A DNA stretch of 64,000 nt, from the NCBI RefSeq assembly GCF_009914755.1, contig NC_060925.1; one strand, 5' to 3'. This stretch comes from the human T2T-CHM13v2.0 reference genome, Homo sapiens. Below are positions 38,729-54,200 of the stretch, piece by piece. The notes under the pieces were generated by a model that was not told the DNA's origin, did not search any database, and was given only the letters and a program-made list of their open reading frames with translations. The translations under genes were made by a program, and so were the position numbers. Within the stretch, counting starts at the first letter, position 1, and each line of letters starts with the position of its first letter.

Positions 38729-41700
38729 ATGAAATTGAAATGGATGGACTCATCATCGAATGGATTCGAATGGAATCATCGAATAAAATTGATTGAAATC
38801 ATCATCGAATGGAATCGAATGGTATCATTGAATGGAATCGAATGGAATCATCATCAGATGGAAATGAAAGGAATCGTCATAGAATGGAATCGAATGGATT
38901 CATTGAATGGAATCAGATGGAATCATTGAATGGACTGGAATGGAATCATTGAATGGACTCGAAAGGGATCATTATTGAATGGAATTGAATGGAATCATCG
39001 AATGGTCTCGATTGGAATCATTATCAAATGGAATCGAATGGAATCACCGAATAGAATCGAATGGAACAATCATCGAATGGACTCAAATGGAATTATCCTC
39101 AAATGGAATTGAATGGAATTATCGAATGCAATCGAATGGAATTATCGAATGCAATCGAATAGAATCATCGAATGGACTCGAATGGAATCATCGAATGGAA
39201 TGGAATGGAACAGTCAATGAACTCGAATGGAATCATCATTGAATGGAATCGAATGGAATCATCGAGTGGAATCGAATGTAATCATCATCAAATGGAATCA
39301 AAAATAACCATCATCAAATGGAATCAAAAATAACAATCATCAATTGGTATTGAATGGAATTCTCATCAAATGGAATTCAAAGGAATCATCATCAAATGGA
39401 ACCGAATGGAATCCTCATTGAATGGAAATGAAAGGGGTCATCATCTAATGGAATCGCATGGAATCATCATCAAATGGAATCGAATGGAATCATCATCAAA
39501 TGGAATCTAATGGAATCATTGAAAAGAATTGAATGGAATCGTCATCGAATGAATTGAATGCAATCATCGAATGGTCTCGAATGGAATCATCTTCTAATGG
39601 AAAGGAATGGAATCATCGCATAGAATCGAATGGAATTAACATTGAATGGAATCGAATGGAATCAACATCAAATGGAATCAAGCGGAATTATCGAATGAAA
39701 TCGAAGAGAATCATCGAATGGACTCGAATGGAATCATCTAATGGAATGGAATGGAATAATCCACGGACTCGAATGCAATCATCATCGTATAGAATCGAAT
39801 GGAATCATCGAATGGACTCGAATGGAATAACCATTGAACGGAATCGAATGGAATCATCATCGGATGGAAACGAATGGAATCATCATCGAATGGAAATGAA
39901 AGGAGTCATCATCTAATGGAATTGCATGGAATCATCATAAAATGGAATCGAATGGAATCATCATCAAATGGAATCAAATGGAAGCATTGAACGGAATTGA
40001 ATGGAATCGTCATCGAATGAATTGAATGCAATCATCGAATGGTCTCGAATGGAATCATCTTCAAATGGAATGGAATGGAATCATCGCATAGAATCGAATG
40101 GAATTATCATCGAATGGAATCGAATGGTATCAACATCAAACGGAAAAAAACGGAATTACCGAATGGAATCGAAGAGAATCTTCGAACGGACCCGAATGGA
40201 ATCATCTAATGGAATGGAATGGAATAATCCATGGACTCGAATGCAATCATCATCGAATGGAATCGAATGGAATCATTGAATGGACTCGAATGGAATAATC
40301 ATTGAACGGAATCGAATGGAATCATCATCGGATGGAAATGAATGGAATCCTCATCGAATGGAATCGAATAGAATTATGGAATGAAATCCAGTGTGATCAT
40401 CATCGAATGGACCCGAATGGAATCATCATCCAACGGAAGCTAATGGAATCAACATCGAATGAATCGAATGGAAACACCATCGAATTGAAACGAATGGAAT
40501 TATCATGAAATTGAAATGGATGGACCCATCATCGAATGGATTCGAATGGAATCATCGAATAAAATTGATTGAAATCATCATCAAATGGAATCGAATGGTG
40601 TCATTGAATGGGATCGAATGGAATCATCGTCAGATGGAAATGAATGGAATCGTCATAGAATGGAATCGAATGGATTCATTGAATGGAATCAGATGGAATC
40701 ATCGAATGGACTGGAATGGAATCATTGAATGGACTCGAATGGAATCATTATTGAATGGAATTGAATGGAATCATCGAATGGTCTCGATTGGAATCATTAT
40801 CAAATGGAATCGAATGGAATCACCGAATAGAATCGAATGGAACAATCATCGAATGGACTCAAATGGAATTATCCTCAAATGGAATCGAATGGAATTATCG
40901 AATGCAATCGAATGGAATTATCGAATGCAATCGAATAGAATCATCGAATGGACTCGAATGGAATCATCGAATGGAATGGAATGGAACAGTCAATGAACTC
41001 GAATGGAATCATCATTGAATGGAATCGAATGGAATCATCGAGTGGAATCGAATGGAATTATGATCAAATGGAATCGAATGTAATCCTCATCAAATGGAAT
41101 CAAAAATAACCATCATCAATTGGTATTGAATGGAATCATCATCAAATGGAATTCAAAGGAATCATCATCAAATGGAACCGAATGGAATCCTCATTGAATG
41201 GAAATGAAAGTGGTCATCATCTAATGGAATCGCATGGAATCATCATCAAATGGAATCGAGTGGAATCATCATCAAATGGAATCTAAGGGAATCATTGAAC
41301 AGAATTGAATGGAATCCTCATCGAATGAATTGAATGCAATCATCGAATGGTCTCGAATGGAATCATCTTCAAATGGAAAGGAATGGAATCATCGCATAGA
41401 ATCGAATGGAATTATCATCGAATGGAATCCAATGGTATCAACATCAAACGGAAAAAAACGGAATTATGGAATGGAATCGAAGAGAATCTTCGAACGGACC
41501 CGAATGGAATCATCTAATGGAATGGAATGGAATAATCCATGTACTCGAATGCAATCATGATCAAATGGAATCGAATGGAATCATCGAATGGACTCGAATG
41601 GAATAATCATTGAACGGAATCGAATGGAATCATCATCGGATGGAAACGAATGGAATCATCATCGAATGGAAATGAAAGGAGTCATCATCTAATGGAATTG

Positions 41701-44700
41701 CATGGAATCATCATAAAATGGAATCGAAGGGAATCAACATCAAATGGAATCAAATGGAATCATTGAACGGAATTGAATGGAATCGTCATCGAATGAATTG
41801 ACTGCAATCATCGAATGGTCTCGAATGGAATCATCTTCAAATGGAATGGAATGGAATCATCGCATAGAATCGAATGGAATTATCATCGAATGGATTCGAA
41901 TGGAATCAACATCAAACGGAAAAAAACGGAATTATCGAATGGAATCGAAGGGAATCATCGAATGGACCCGAATGGAATCATCTAATGGAATGGAATGGAA
42001 TAATCCATGGACTCGAATGCAATCATCATCGAATGGAATCGAATGGAATCATCGAATGGACTCGAATGGAATAATCATTGAACGGAATCGAATGGAATCA
42101 TCATCGGATGGAAATGAATGGAATCATCATCGAATGGAATCGAATAGAATTATGGAATGAAATCCAGTGTGATCATCATCGAATGGACAAGAATGGAATC
42201 ATCATCCAACGGAAGCTAATGGAATCAACATCGAATGAATCAAATGGAAACACCATCGAATTGAAACGAATGGAATTACCATGAAATTGAAATGGATGGA
42301 CTCATCATCGAATGGATTCGAATGGAATCATCGAATAAAATTGATTGAAATCATCATCGAATGGAATCGAATGGTATCATTGAATGGAATCGAATGGAAT
42401 CATCATCAGATGGAAATGAATGGAATCGTCATAGAATGGAATCGAATGGATTCATTGAATGTAATCAGATGGAATCATCGAATGGACTGGAATGGAATCA
42501 TTGAATGGACTCGAAAGGGATCATTATTGAATGGAATTGAATGGAATCATCGAATGGTCTCGATTGGAATCATTATCAAATGGAATCGAATGGAATCACC
42601 GAATAGAATCGAATGGAACAATCATCGAATGGACTCAAATGGAATTATCCTCAAATGGAATCGAATGGAATTATCGAATGCAATCGAATGGAATTATCGA
42701 ATGCAATCGAATAGAATCATCGAATGGACTCGAATGGAATCATCGAATGGAGTGGAATGGAACAGTCAATGAACTCGAATGGAATCATCATTGAATGGAA
42801 TCGAATGGAATCATCGAGTGGAATCGAATGGAATTATGATCAAATGGAATCGAATGTAATCATCATCAAATGGAATCAAAAATAACCATCATCAATTGGT
42901 ATTGAATGGAATTCTCATCAAATGGAATTCAAAGGAATCATCATCAAATGGAACCGAATGGAATCCTCATTGAATGGAAATGAAAGGGGTCATCATCTAA
43001 TGGAATCGCATGGAATCATCATCAAATTGAATCGAATGGAATCATCATCAAATGGAATCTAATGGAATCATTGAACAGAATTGAATGGAATCGTCATCGA
43101 ATGAATTGAATGCAATCATCGAATGGTCTCGAATGGAATCATCTTCTAATGGAAAGGAATGGAATCATCGCATAGAAACGAATGGAATTATCATCGAATG
43201 GAATCGAATGGTATCAACACCAAACGGAAAAAAACGGAATTATCGAATGGAATCGAAGAGAATCTTCGAACGGACCCGAATGGAATCATCTAATGGAATG
43301 GAATGGAATAATCCATGGACTCGAATGCAATGATCATCGAATGGAATCCAATGGAATCATCGAATGGACTCGAATGGAATAATCATTGAACGGAATCGAA
43401 TGGAATCATCATCGGATGGAAATGAATGGAATCATCATCGAATGGAATCGAATAGAATTATGGAATGAAATCCAGTGTGATCATCATCGAATGGACCCGA
43501 ATGGAATCATCATCCATCGGAAGCAAATGGAATCAGCATCGAATGAATCGAATGGAAACACCATCGAATTGAAACGAATGGAATTATCATGAAATTGAAA
43601 TGGATGGACTCATCATCGAATGGATTCGAATGGAATCATCGAATAAAATTGATTGAAATCATCATCGAATGGAATCGAATGGTATCATTGAATGGAATCG
43701 AATGGAATCATCATCAGATGGAAATGAAAGGAATCGTCATAGAATGGAATCGAATGGATTCATTGAATGGAATCAGATGGAATCATTGAATGGACTGGAA
43801 TGGAATCATTGAATGGACTCGAAAGGGATCATTATTGAATGGAATTGAATGGAATCATCGAATGGTCTCGATTGGAATCATTATCAAATGGAATCGAATG
43901 GAATCACCGAATAGAATCGAATGGAACAATCATCGAATGGACTCAAATGGAATTATCCTCAAATGGAATTGAATGGAATTATCGAATGCAATCGAATGGA
44001 ATTATCGAATGCAATCGAATAGAATCATCGAATGGACTCGAATGGAATCATCGAATGGAATGGAATGGAACAGTCAATGAACTCGAATGGAATCATCATT
44101 GAATGGAATCGAATGGAATCATCGAGTGGAATCGAATGTAATCATCATCAAATGGAATCAAAAATAACCATCATCAAATGGAATCAAAAATAACAATCAT
44201 CAATTGGTATTGAATGGAATTCTCATCAAATGGAATTCAAAGGAATCATCATCAAATGGAACCGAATGGAATCCTCATTGAATGGAAATGAAAGGGGTCA
44301 TCATCTAATGGAATCGCATGGAATCATCATCAAATGGAATCGAATGGAATCATCATCAAATGGAATCTAATGGAATCATTGAAAAGAATTGAATGGAATC
44401 GTCATCGAATGAATTGAATGCAATCATCGAATGGTCTCGAATGGAATCATCTTCTAATGGAAAGGAATGGAATCATCGCATAGAATCGAATGGAATTAAC
44501 ATTGAATGGAATCGAATGGAATCAACATCAAATGGAATCAAGCGGAATTATCGAATGAAATCGAAGAGAATCATCGAATGGACTCGAATGGGATCATCTA
44601 ATGGAATGGAATGGAATAATCCACGGACTCGAATGCAATCATCATCGTATAGAATCGAATGGAATCATCGAATGGACTCGAATGGAATAACCATTGAACG

Positions 44701-47700
44701 GAATCGAATGGAATCATCATCGGATGGAAACGAATGGAATCATCATCGAATGGAAATGAAAGGAGTCATCATCTAATGGAATTGCATGGAATCATCATAA
44801 AATGGAATCGAATGGAATCATCATCAAATGGAATCAAATGGAAGCATTGAACGGAATTGAATGGAATCGTCATCGAATGAATTGAATGCAATCATCGAAT
44901 GGTCTCGAATGGAATCATCTTCAAATGGAATGGAATGGAATCATCGCATAGAATCGAATGGAATTATCATCGAATGGAATCGAATGGTATCAACATCAAA
45001 CGGAAAAAAACGGAATTACCGAATGGAATCGAAGAGAATCTTCGAACGAACCCGAATGGAATCATCTAATGGAATGGAATGGAATAATCCATGGACTCGA
45101 ATGCAATCATCATCGAATGGAATCGAATGGAATCATTGAATGGACTCGAATGGAATAATCATTGAACGGAATCGAATGGAATCATCATCGGATGGAAATG
45201 AATGGAATCCTCATCGAATGGAATCGAATAGAATTATGGAATGAAATCCAGTGTGATCATCATCGAATGGACCCGAATGGAATCATCATCCAACGGAAGC
45301 TAATGGAATCAACATCGAATGAATCGAATGGAAACACCATCGAATTGAAACGAATGGAATTATCATGAAATTGAAATGGATGGACCCATCATCGAATGGA
45401 TTCGAATGGAATCATCGAATAAAATTGATTGAAATCATCATCAAATGGAATCGAATGGTGTCATTGAATGGGATCGAATGGAATCATCGTCAGATGGAAA
45501 TGAATGGAATCGTCATAGAATGGAATCGAATGGATTCATTGAATGGAATCAGATGGAATCATCGAATGGACTGGAATGGAATCATTGAATGGACACGAAT
45601 GGAATCATTATTGAATGGAATTGAATGGAATCATCGAATGGTCTCGATTGGAATCATTATCAAATGGAATCGAATGGAATCACCGAATAGAATCGAATGG
45701 AACAATCATCGAATGGACTCAAATGGAATTATCCTCAAATGGAATCGAATGGAATTATCGAATGCAATCGAATGGAATTATCGAATGCAATCGAATAGAA
45801 TCATCGAATGGACTCGAATGGAATCATCGAATGGAATGGAATGGAACAGTCAATGAACTCGAATGGAATCATCATTGAATGGAATCGAATGGAATCATCG
45901 AGTGGAATCGAATGGAATTATGATCAAATGGAATCGAATGTAATCCTCATCAAATGGAATCAAAAATAACCATCATCAATTGGTATTGAATGGAATTGTC
46001 ATCAAATGGAATTCAAAGGAATCATCATCAAATGGAACCGAATGGAATCCTCATTGAATGGAAATGAAAGTGGTCATCATCTAATGGAATCGCATGGAAT
46101 CATCATCAAATGGAATCGAATGGAATCATCATCAAATGGAATCTAAGGGAATCATTGAACAGAATTGAATGGAATCCTCATCGAATGAATTGAATGCAAT
46201 CATCGAATGGTCTCGAATGGAATCATCTTCAAATGGAAAGGAATGGAATCATCGCATAGAATCGAATGGAATTATCATCGAATGGAATCGAATGGTATCA
46301 ACATCAAACGGAAAAAAACGGAATTATGGAATGGAATCGAAGAGAATCTTCGAACGGACCCGAATGGAATCATCTAATGGAATGGAATGGAATAATCCAT
46401 GGACTCGAATGCAATGATCATCGAATGGAATCCAATGGAATCATCGAATGGACTCGAATGGAATAATCATTGAACGGAATCGAATGGAATCATCATCGGA
46501 TGGAAACGAATGGAATCATCATCGAATGGGAATGAAAGGAGTCATCATCTAATGGAATTGCATGGAATCATCATAAAATGGAATCGAAGGGAATCAACAT
46601 CAAATGGAATCAAATGGAATCATTGAACGGAATTGAATGGAATCGTCATCGAATGAATTGACTGCAATCATCGAATGGTCTCGAATGGAATCATCTTCAA
46701 ATGGAATGGAATGGAATCATCGCATAGAATCGAATGGAATTATCATCGAATGGATTCGAATGGAATCAACATCAAACGGAAAAAAACGGAATTATCGAAT
46801 GGAATCGAAGGGAATCATCGAATGGACCCGAATGGAATCATCTAATGGAATGGAATGGAATAATCCATGGACTCGAATGCAATCATCATCGAATGGAATC
46901 GAATGGAATCATCGAATGGACTCGAATGGAATAATCATTGAACGGAATCGAATGGAATCATCATCGGATGGAAATGAATGGAATCATCATCGAATGGAAT
47001 CGAATAGAATTATGGAATGAAATCCAGTGTGATCATCATCGAATGGACAAGAATGGAATCATCATCCAACGGAAGCTAATGGAATCAACATCGAATGAAT
47101 CAAATGGAAACACCATCGAATTGAAACGAATGGAATTACCATGAAATTGAAATGGATGGACTCATCATCGAATGGATTCGAATGGAATCATCGAATAAAA
47201 TTGATTGAAATCATCATCGAATGGAATCGAATGGTATCATTGAGTGGAATCGAATGGAATCATCATCAGATGGAAATGAATGGAATCGTCATAGAATGGA
47301 ATCGAATGGATTCATTGAATGGAATCAGATGGAATCATCGAATGGACTGGAATGGAATCATTGAATGGACTCGAAAGGGATCATTATTGAATGGAATTGA
47401 ATGGAATCATCGAATGGTCTCGATTGGAATCATTATCAAATGGAATCGAATGGAATCACCGAATAGAATCGAATGGAACAATCATCGAATGGACTCAAAT
47501 GGAATTATCCTCAAATGGAATCGAATGGAATTATCGAATGCAATCGAATGGAATTATCGAATGCAATCGAATAGAATCATCGAATGGACTCGAATGGAAT
47601 CATCGAATGGAGTGGAATGGAACAGTCAATGAACTCGAATGGAATCATCATTGAATGGAATCGAATGGAATCATCGAGTGGAATCGAATGGAATTATGAT

Positions 47701-48280
47701 CAAATGGAATCGAATGTAATCATCATCAAATGGAATCAAAAATAACCATCATCAATTGGTATTGAATGGAATTCTCATCAAATGGAATTCAAAGGAATCA
47801 TCATCAAATGGAACCGAATGGAATCCTCATTGAATGGAAATGAAAGGGGTCATCATCTAATGGAATCGCATGGAATCATCATCAAATTGAATCGAATGGA
47901 ATCATCATCAAATGGAATCTAATGGAATCATTGAACAGAATTGAATGGAATCGTCATCGAATGAATTGAATGCAATCATCGAATGGTCTCGAATGGAATC
48001 ATCTTCTAATGGAAAGGAATGGAATCATCGCATAGAAACGAATGGAATTATCATCGAATGGAATCGAATGGTATCAACACCAAACGGAAAAAAACGGAAT
48101 TATCGAATGGAATCGAAGAGAATCTTCGAACGGACCCGAATGGAATCATCTAATGGAATGGAATGGAATAATCCATGGACTCGAATGCAATGATCATCGA
48201 ATGGAATCCAATGGAATCATCGAATGGACTCGAATGGAATAATCATTGAACGGAATCGAATGGAATCATCATCGGATGGA
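38480..48280 (+). repeat. Local higher-order repeat, 4,860 bp x 2 (1776+1776+1308)
   Basis: Anchors 38729/43589, 39533/44393, 40505/45365, 42281/47141, 43085/47945; shared variants aatcagcatc, ggacccatc, atctaaggga, ggacaagaat, catagaaacg. Confidence 0.92.
42281..43588 (+). repeat. 1,308-bp monomer with a single 468-bp subunit (also 2739-4046, 9537-10844, 47141-48448, 56026-57333)
   Basis: Landmark spacing 1308 = 1776 - 468, with only one 'aaacggaaaaaaacgg' block between cores. Confidence 0.93.
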
Positions 48281-51200
48281 AACGAATGGAATCATCATCG
48301 AATGGAATCGAATAGAATTATGGAATGAAATCCAGTGTGATCATCATCGAATGGACCCGAATGGAATCATCATCCAACGGAAGCTAATGGAATCAACATG
48401 GAATGAATCAAATGGAAACACCATCGAATTGAAACGAATGGAATTACCATGAAATTGAAATGGATGGACTCATCATCAAATGGATTCGAATGGAATCATC
48501 GAATAAAATTGATTGAAATCATCATCGAATGGAATCGAATGGTATCATTGAATGGAATCGAATGGAATCATCATCAGATGGAAATGAATGGAATCGTCAT
48601 AGAATGGAATCGAATGGATTCATTGAATGGAATCAGATGGAATCAATGAATGGACTGGAATGGAATCATTGAATGGACTCGAAAGGGATCATTATTGAAT
48701 GGAATTGAATGGAATCATCGAATGGTCTCGATTGGAATCATTATCAAATGGAATCGAATGGAATCACCGAATAGAATCGAATGGAACAATCATCGAATGG
48801 ACTCAAATGGAATTATCCTCCAATGGAATCGAACGGAATTATCGAATGCAATCGAATGGAATTATCGAATGCAATCGAATAGAATCATCGAATGGACTCG
48901 AATGGAATCATCGAATGGAATGGAATGGAACAGTCAATGAACTCGAATGGAATCATCATTGAATGGAATCGAATGGAATCATCGAGTGGAATCGAAAGGA
49001 ATTATGACCAAATGGAATCGAATGTAATCATCATCAAATGGAATCAAAAATAACCATCATGAATTGGTATTGAATGGAATTGTCATCAAATGGAATTCAA
49101 AGGAATCATCATCAAATGGAACCGAATGGAATCCTCATTGAATGGAAATGAAAGGGGTTATCATCTAATGGAATCGCATGGAATCATCATCAAATGGAAT
49201 CGAATGGAATCATCATCAAATGGAATCTAATGGAATCATTGAAAAGAATTGAATGGAATCGTCATCGAATGAATTGAATGCAATCATCGAATGGTCTCGA
49301 ATGGAATCATCTTCTAATGGAAAGGAATGGAATCATCGCATAGAATCGAATGCAATTATCATCGAATGGAATCGAATGGTATCAACACCAAACGGAAAAA
49401 AACGGAATTATCGAATGGAATCGAAGAGAATCTTCGAACGGACCCGAATGGAATCATCTAATGGAATGGAATGGAATAATCCATGGACTCGAATGCAATC
49501 ATCATCGAATGGAATCGAATGGAATCATCGAATGGACTCGAATGGAATAATCATTGAACGGAATCGAATGGAATCATCATCGGATGGAAACGAATGGAAT
49601 CATCATCGAATGGAAATGAAAGGAGTCATCATCTAATGGAATTGCATGGAATCATCATCAAATGGAATCGAATGGAATCAACATCAAATGGAATCAAATG
49701 GAATCATTGAACGGAATTGAATGGAATCGTCATCGAATGAATTGACTGCAATCATCGAATGGTCTCGAATGGAATCATCTTCAAATGGAATGGAATGGAA
49801 TCATCGCATAGAATCGAATGGAATTATCATCGAATGGAATCGAATGGAATCAACATCAAACGGAAAAAAACGGAATTATCGAATGGAATCGAAGAGAATC
49901 ATCGAATGGACCCGAATGGAATCATCTAATGGAATGGAATGGAATAATCCATGGACTCGAATGCAATCATCACCGAATGGAATCGAATGGAATCATCGAA
50001 TGGACTCGAATGGAATAATCATTGAACGGAATCGAATGGAATCATCATCGGATGGAAATGAAAGGAGTCATCATCTAATGGAATTGCATGGAATCATCAT
50101 AAAATGGAATCGAATGGAATCAACATCAAATGGAATCAAATGGAATCATTGAACGGAATTGAATGGAATCGTCATCGAATGAATTGAATGCAATCATCGA
50201 ATGGTCTCGAATGGAATCATCTTCAAATGGAATGGAATGGAATGGAATCATCGCATAGAATCGAATGGAATTATCATCGAATGGAATCGAATGGAATCAA
50301 CATCAAACGGAAAAATACGGAATTATCGAATGGAATCGAAGAGAATCATCGAATGGACCCGAATGGAATCATCTAATGGAATGGAATGGAATAATCCATG
50401 GACTCGAATGCAATCATCATCGAATGGAATCGAATGGAATCATCGAATGGACTCGTATGGAATAATCATTGAACGGAATCGAATGGAATCGTCATCGGAT
50501 GGAAATGAATGGAATCATCATCGAATGGAATCGAATAGAATTATGGAATGAAATCCAGTGTGATCATCATCGAATGGACCCGAATGGAATCATCATCCAA
50601 CGGAAGCTAATGGAATCAACATCGAATGAATCGAATGGAAACGCCATCGAATTGAAACGAATGGAATTACAATGAAATTGAAATGGATGGACTCATCATC
50701 GAATGGATTCCAATGGAATCATCGAATAAAATTGATTGAAATCATCATCGAATGGTATCGAATGGTATCATTGAATGGAATCGAATGGAATCATCATCAG
50801 ATGGAAATGAATGGAATCGTCATAGAATGGAATCGAATGGATTCATTGAATGGAATCAGATGGAATCATCGAATGGACTGGAATGGAATCATTGAATGGA
50901 CTCGAAAGGGATCATGATTGAATGGAATTGAATGGAATCATCGAATGGTCTCGATTGGAATCATTATCAAATGGAATCGAATGGAATCACCGAATAGAAT
51001 CGAATGGAACAATCATCGAATGGACTCAAATGGAATTATCCTCAAATGGAATCGAATGGAATTATCGAATGCAATCGAATGGAATTATCGAATGCAATCG
51101 AATAGAATCATCGAATGGACTCGAATGGAATCATCGAATGGAATGGAATGGAACAGTCAATGAACTCGAATGGAATCATCATTGAATGGAATCGAATGGA

Positions 51201-54200
51201 ATCATCGAGTGGAATCGAATGGAATTATGATCAAATGGAATCGAATGTAATCATCATCAAATGGAATCAAAAATAACCATCATCAAATGGAATCAAAAAT
51301 AACAATCATCAATTGGTATTGAATGGAATTCTCATCAAATGGAATTCAAAGGAATCATCATCAAATGGAACCGAATGGAATCCTCATTGAATGGAAATGA
51401 AAGGGGTCATCATCTAATGGAATCGCATGGAATCATCATCAAATGGAATCGAATGGAATCATCATCAAATGGAATCTAATGGAATCATTGAAAAGAATTG
51501 AATGGAATCGTCATCGAATGAATTGAATGCAATCATCGAATGGTCTCGAATGGAATCATCTTCTAATGGAAAGGAATGGAATCATCGCATAGAATCGAAT
51601 GGAATTAACATTGAATGGAATCGAATGGAATCAACATCAAATGGAATCAAGCGGAATTATCGAATGAAATCGAAGAGAATCATCGAATGGACTCGAATGG
51701 AATCATCTAATGGAATGGAATGGAATAATCCACGGACTCGAATGCAATCATCATCGTATAGAATCGAATGGAATCATCGAATGGACTCGAATGGAATAAC
51801 CATTGAACGGAATCGAATGGAATCATCATCGGATGGAAACGAATGGAATCATCATCGAATGGAAATGAAAGGAGTCATCATCTAATGGAATTGCATGGAA
51901 TCATCATAAAATGGAATCGAATGGAATCATCATCAAATGGAATCAAATGGAAGCATTGAACGGAATTGAATGGAATCGTCATCGAATGAATTGAATGCAA
52001 TCATCGAATGGTCTCGAATGGAATCATCTTCAAATGGAATGGAATGGAATCATCGCATAGAATCGAATGGAATTATCATCGAATGGAATCGAATGGTATC
52101 AACATCAAACGGAAAAAAACGGAATTACCGAATGGAATCGAAGAGAATCTTCGAACGGACCCGAATGGAATCATCTAATGGAATGGAATGGAATAATCCA
52201 TGGACTCGAATGCAATCATCATCGAATGGAATCGAATGGAATCATTGAATGGACTCGAATGGAATAATCATTGAACGGAATCGAATGGAATCATCATCGG
52301 ATGGAAATGAATGGAATCCTCATCGAATGGAATCGAATAGAATTATGGAATGAAATCCAGTGTGATCATCATCGAATGGACCCGAATGGAATCATCATCC
52401 AACGGAAGCTAATGGAATCAACATCGAATGAATCGAATGGAAACACCATCGAATTGAAACGAATGGAATTATCATGAAATTGAAATGGATGGACCCATCA
52501 TCGAATGGATTCGAATGGAATCATCGAATAAAATTGATTGAAATCATCATCAAATGGAATCGAATGGTGTCATTGAATGGGATCGAATGGAATCATCGTC
52601 AGATGGAAATGAATGGAATCGTCATAGAATGGAATCGAATGGATTCATTGAATGGAATCAGATGGAATCATCGAATGGACTGGAATGGAATCATTGAATG
52701 GACACGAATGGAATCATTATTGAATGGAATTGAATGGAATCATCGAATGGTCTCGATTGGAATCATTATCAAATGGAATCGAATGGAATCACCGAATAGA
52801 ATCGAATGGAACAATCATCGAATGGACTCAAATTGAATTATCCTCAAATGGAATCGAATGGAATTATCGAATGCAATCGAATGGAATTATCGAATGCAAT
52901 CGAATAGAATCATCGAATGGACTCGAATGGAATCATCGAATGGAATGGAATGGAACAGTCAATGAACTCGAATGGAATCATCATTGAATGGAATCGAATG
53001 GAATCATCGAGTGGAATCGAATGGAATTATGATCAAATGGAATCGAATGTAATCCTCATCAAATGGAATCAAAAATAACCATCATCAATTGGTATTGAAT
53101 GGAATTGTCATCAAATGGAATTCAAAGGAATCATCATCAAATGGAACCGAATGGAATCCTCATTGAATGGAAATGAAAGTGGTCATCATCTAATGGAATC
53201 GCATGGAATCATCATCAAATGGAATCGAGTGGAATCATCATCAAATGGAATCTAAGGGAATCATTGAACAGAATTGAATGGAATCCTCATCGAATGAATT
53301 GAATGCAATCATCGAATGGTCTCGAATGGAATCATCTTCAAATGGAAAGGAATGGAATCATCGCATAGAATCGAATGGAATTATCATCGAATGGAATCCA
53401 ATGGTATCAACATCAAACGGAAAAAAACGGAATTATGGAATGGAATCGAAGAGAATCTTCGAACGGACCCGAATGGAATCATCTAATGGAATGGAATGGA
53501 ATAATCCATGGACTCGAATGCAATCATGATCCAATGGAATCGAATGGAATCATCGAATGGACTCGAATGGAATAATCATTGAACGGAATCGAATGGAATC
53601 ATCATCGGATGGAAACGAATGGAATCATCATCGAATGGAAATGAAAGGAGTCATCATCTAATGGAATTGCATGGAATCATCATAAAATGGAATCGAAGGG
53701 AATCAACATCAAATGGAATCAAATGGAATCATTGAACGGAATTGAATGGAATCGTCATCGAATGAATTGACTGCAATCATCGAATGGTCTCGAATGGAAT
53801 CATCTTCAAATGGAATGGAATGGAATCATCGCATAGAATCGAATGGAATTATCATCGAATGGATTCGAATGGAATCAACATCAAACGGAAAAAAACGGAA
53901 TTATCGAATGGAATCGAAGGGAATCATCGAATGGACCCGAATGGAATCATCTAATGGAATGGAATGGAATAATCCATGGACTCGAATGCAATCATCATCG
54001 AATGGAATCGAATGGAATCATCGAATGGACTCGAATGGAATAATCATTGAACGGAATCGAATGGAATCATCATCGGATGGAAATGAATGGAATCATCATC
54101 GAATGGAATCGAATAGAATTATGGAATGAAATCCAGTGTGATCATCATCGAATGGACAAGAATGGAATCATCATCCAACGGAAGCTAATGGAATCAACAT

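Noticed and set aside
3241-39350. Exactly 36,000-bp spacing between two copies of the 26-bp shift allele
   Set aside because: Numerical coincidence from summed monomer lengths; the flanking sequences are not a continuous duplication.
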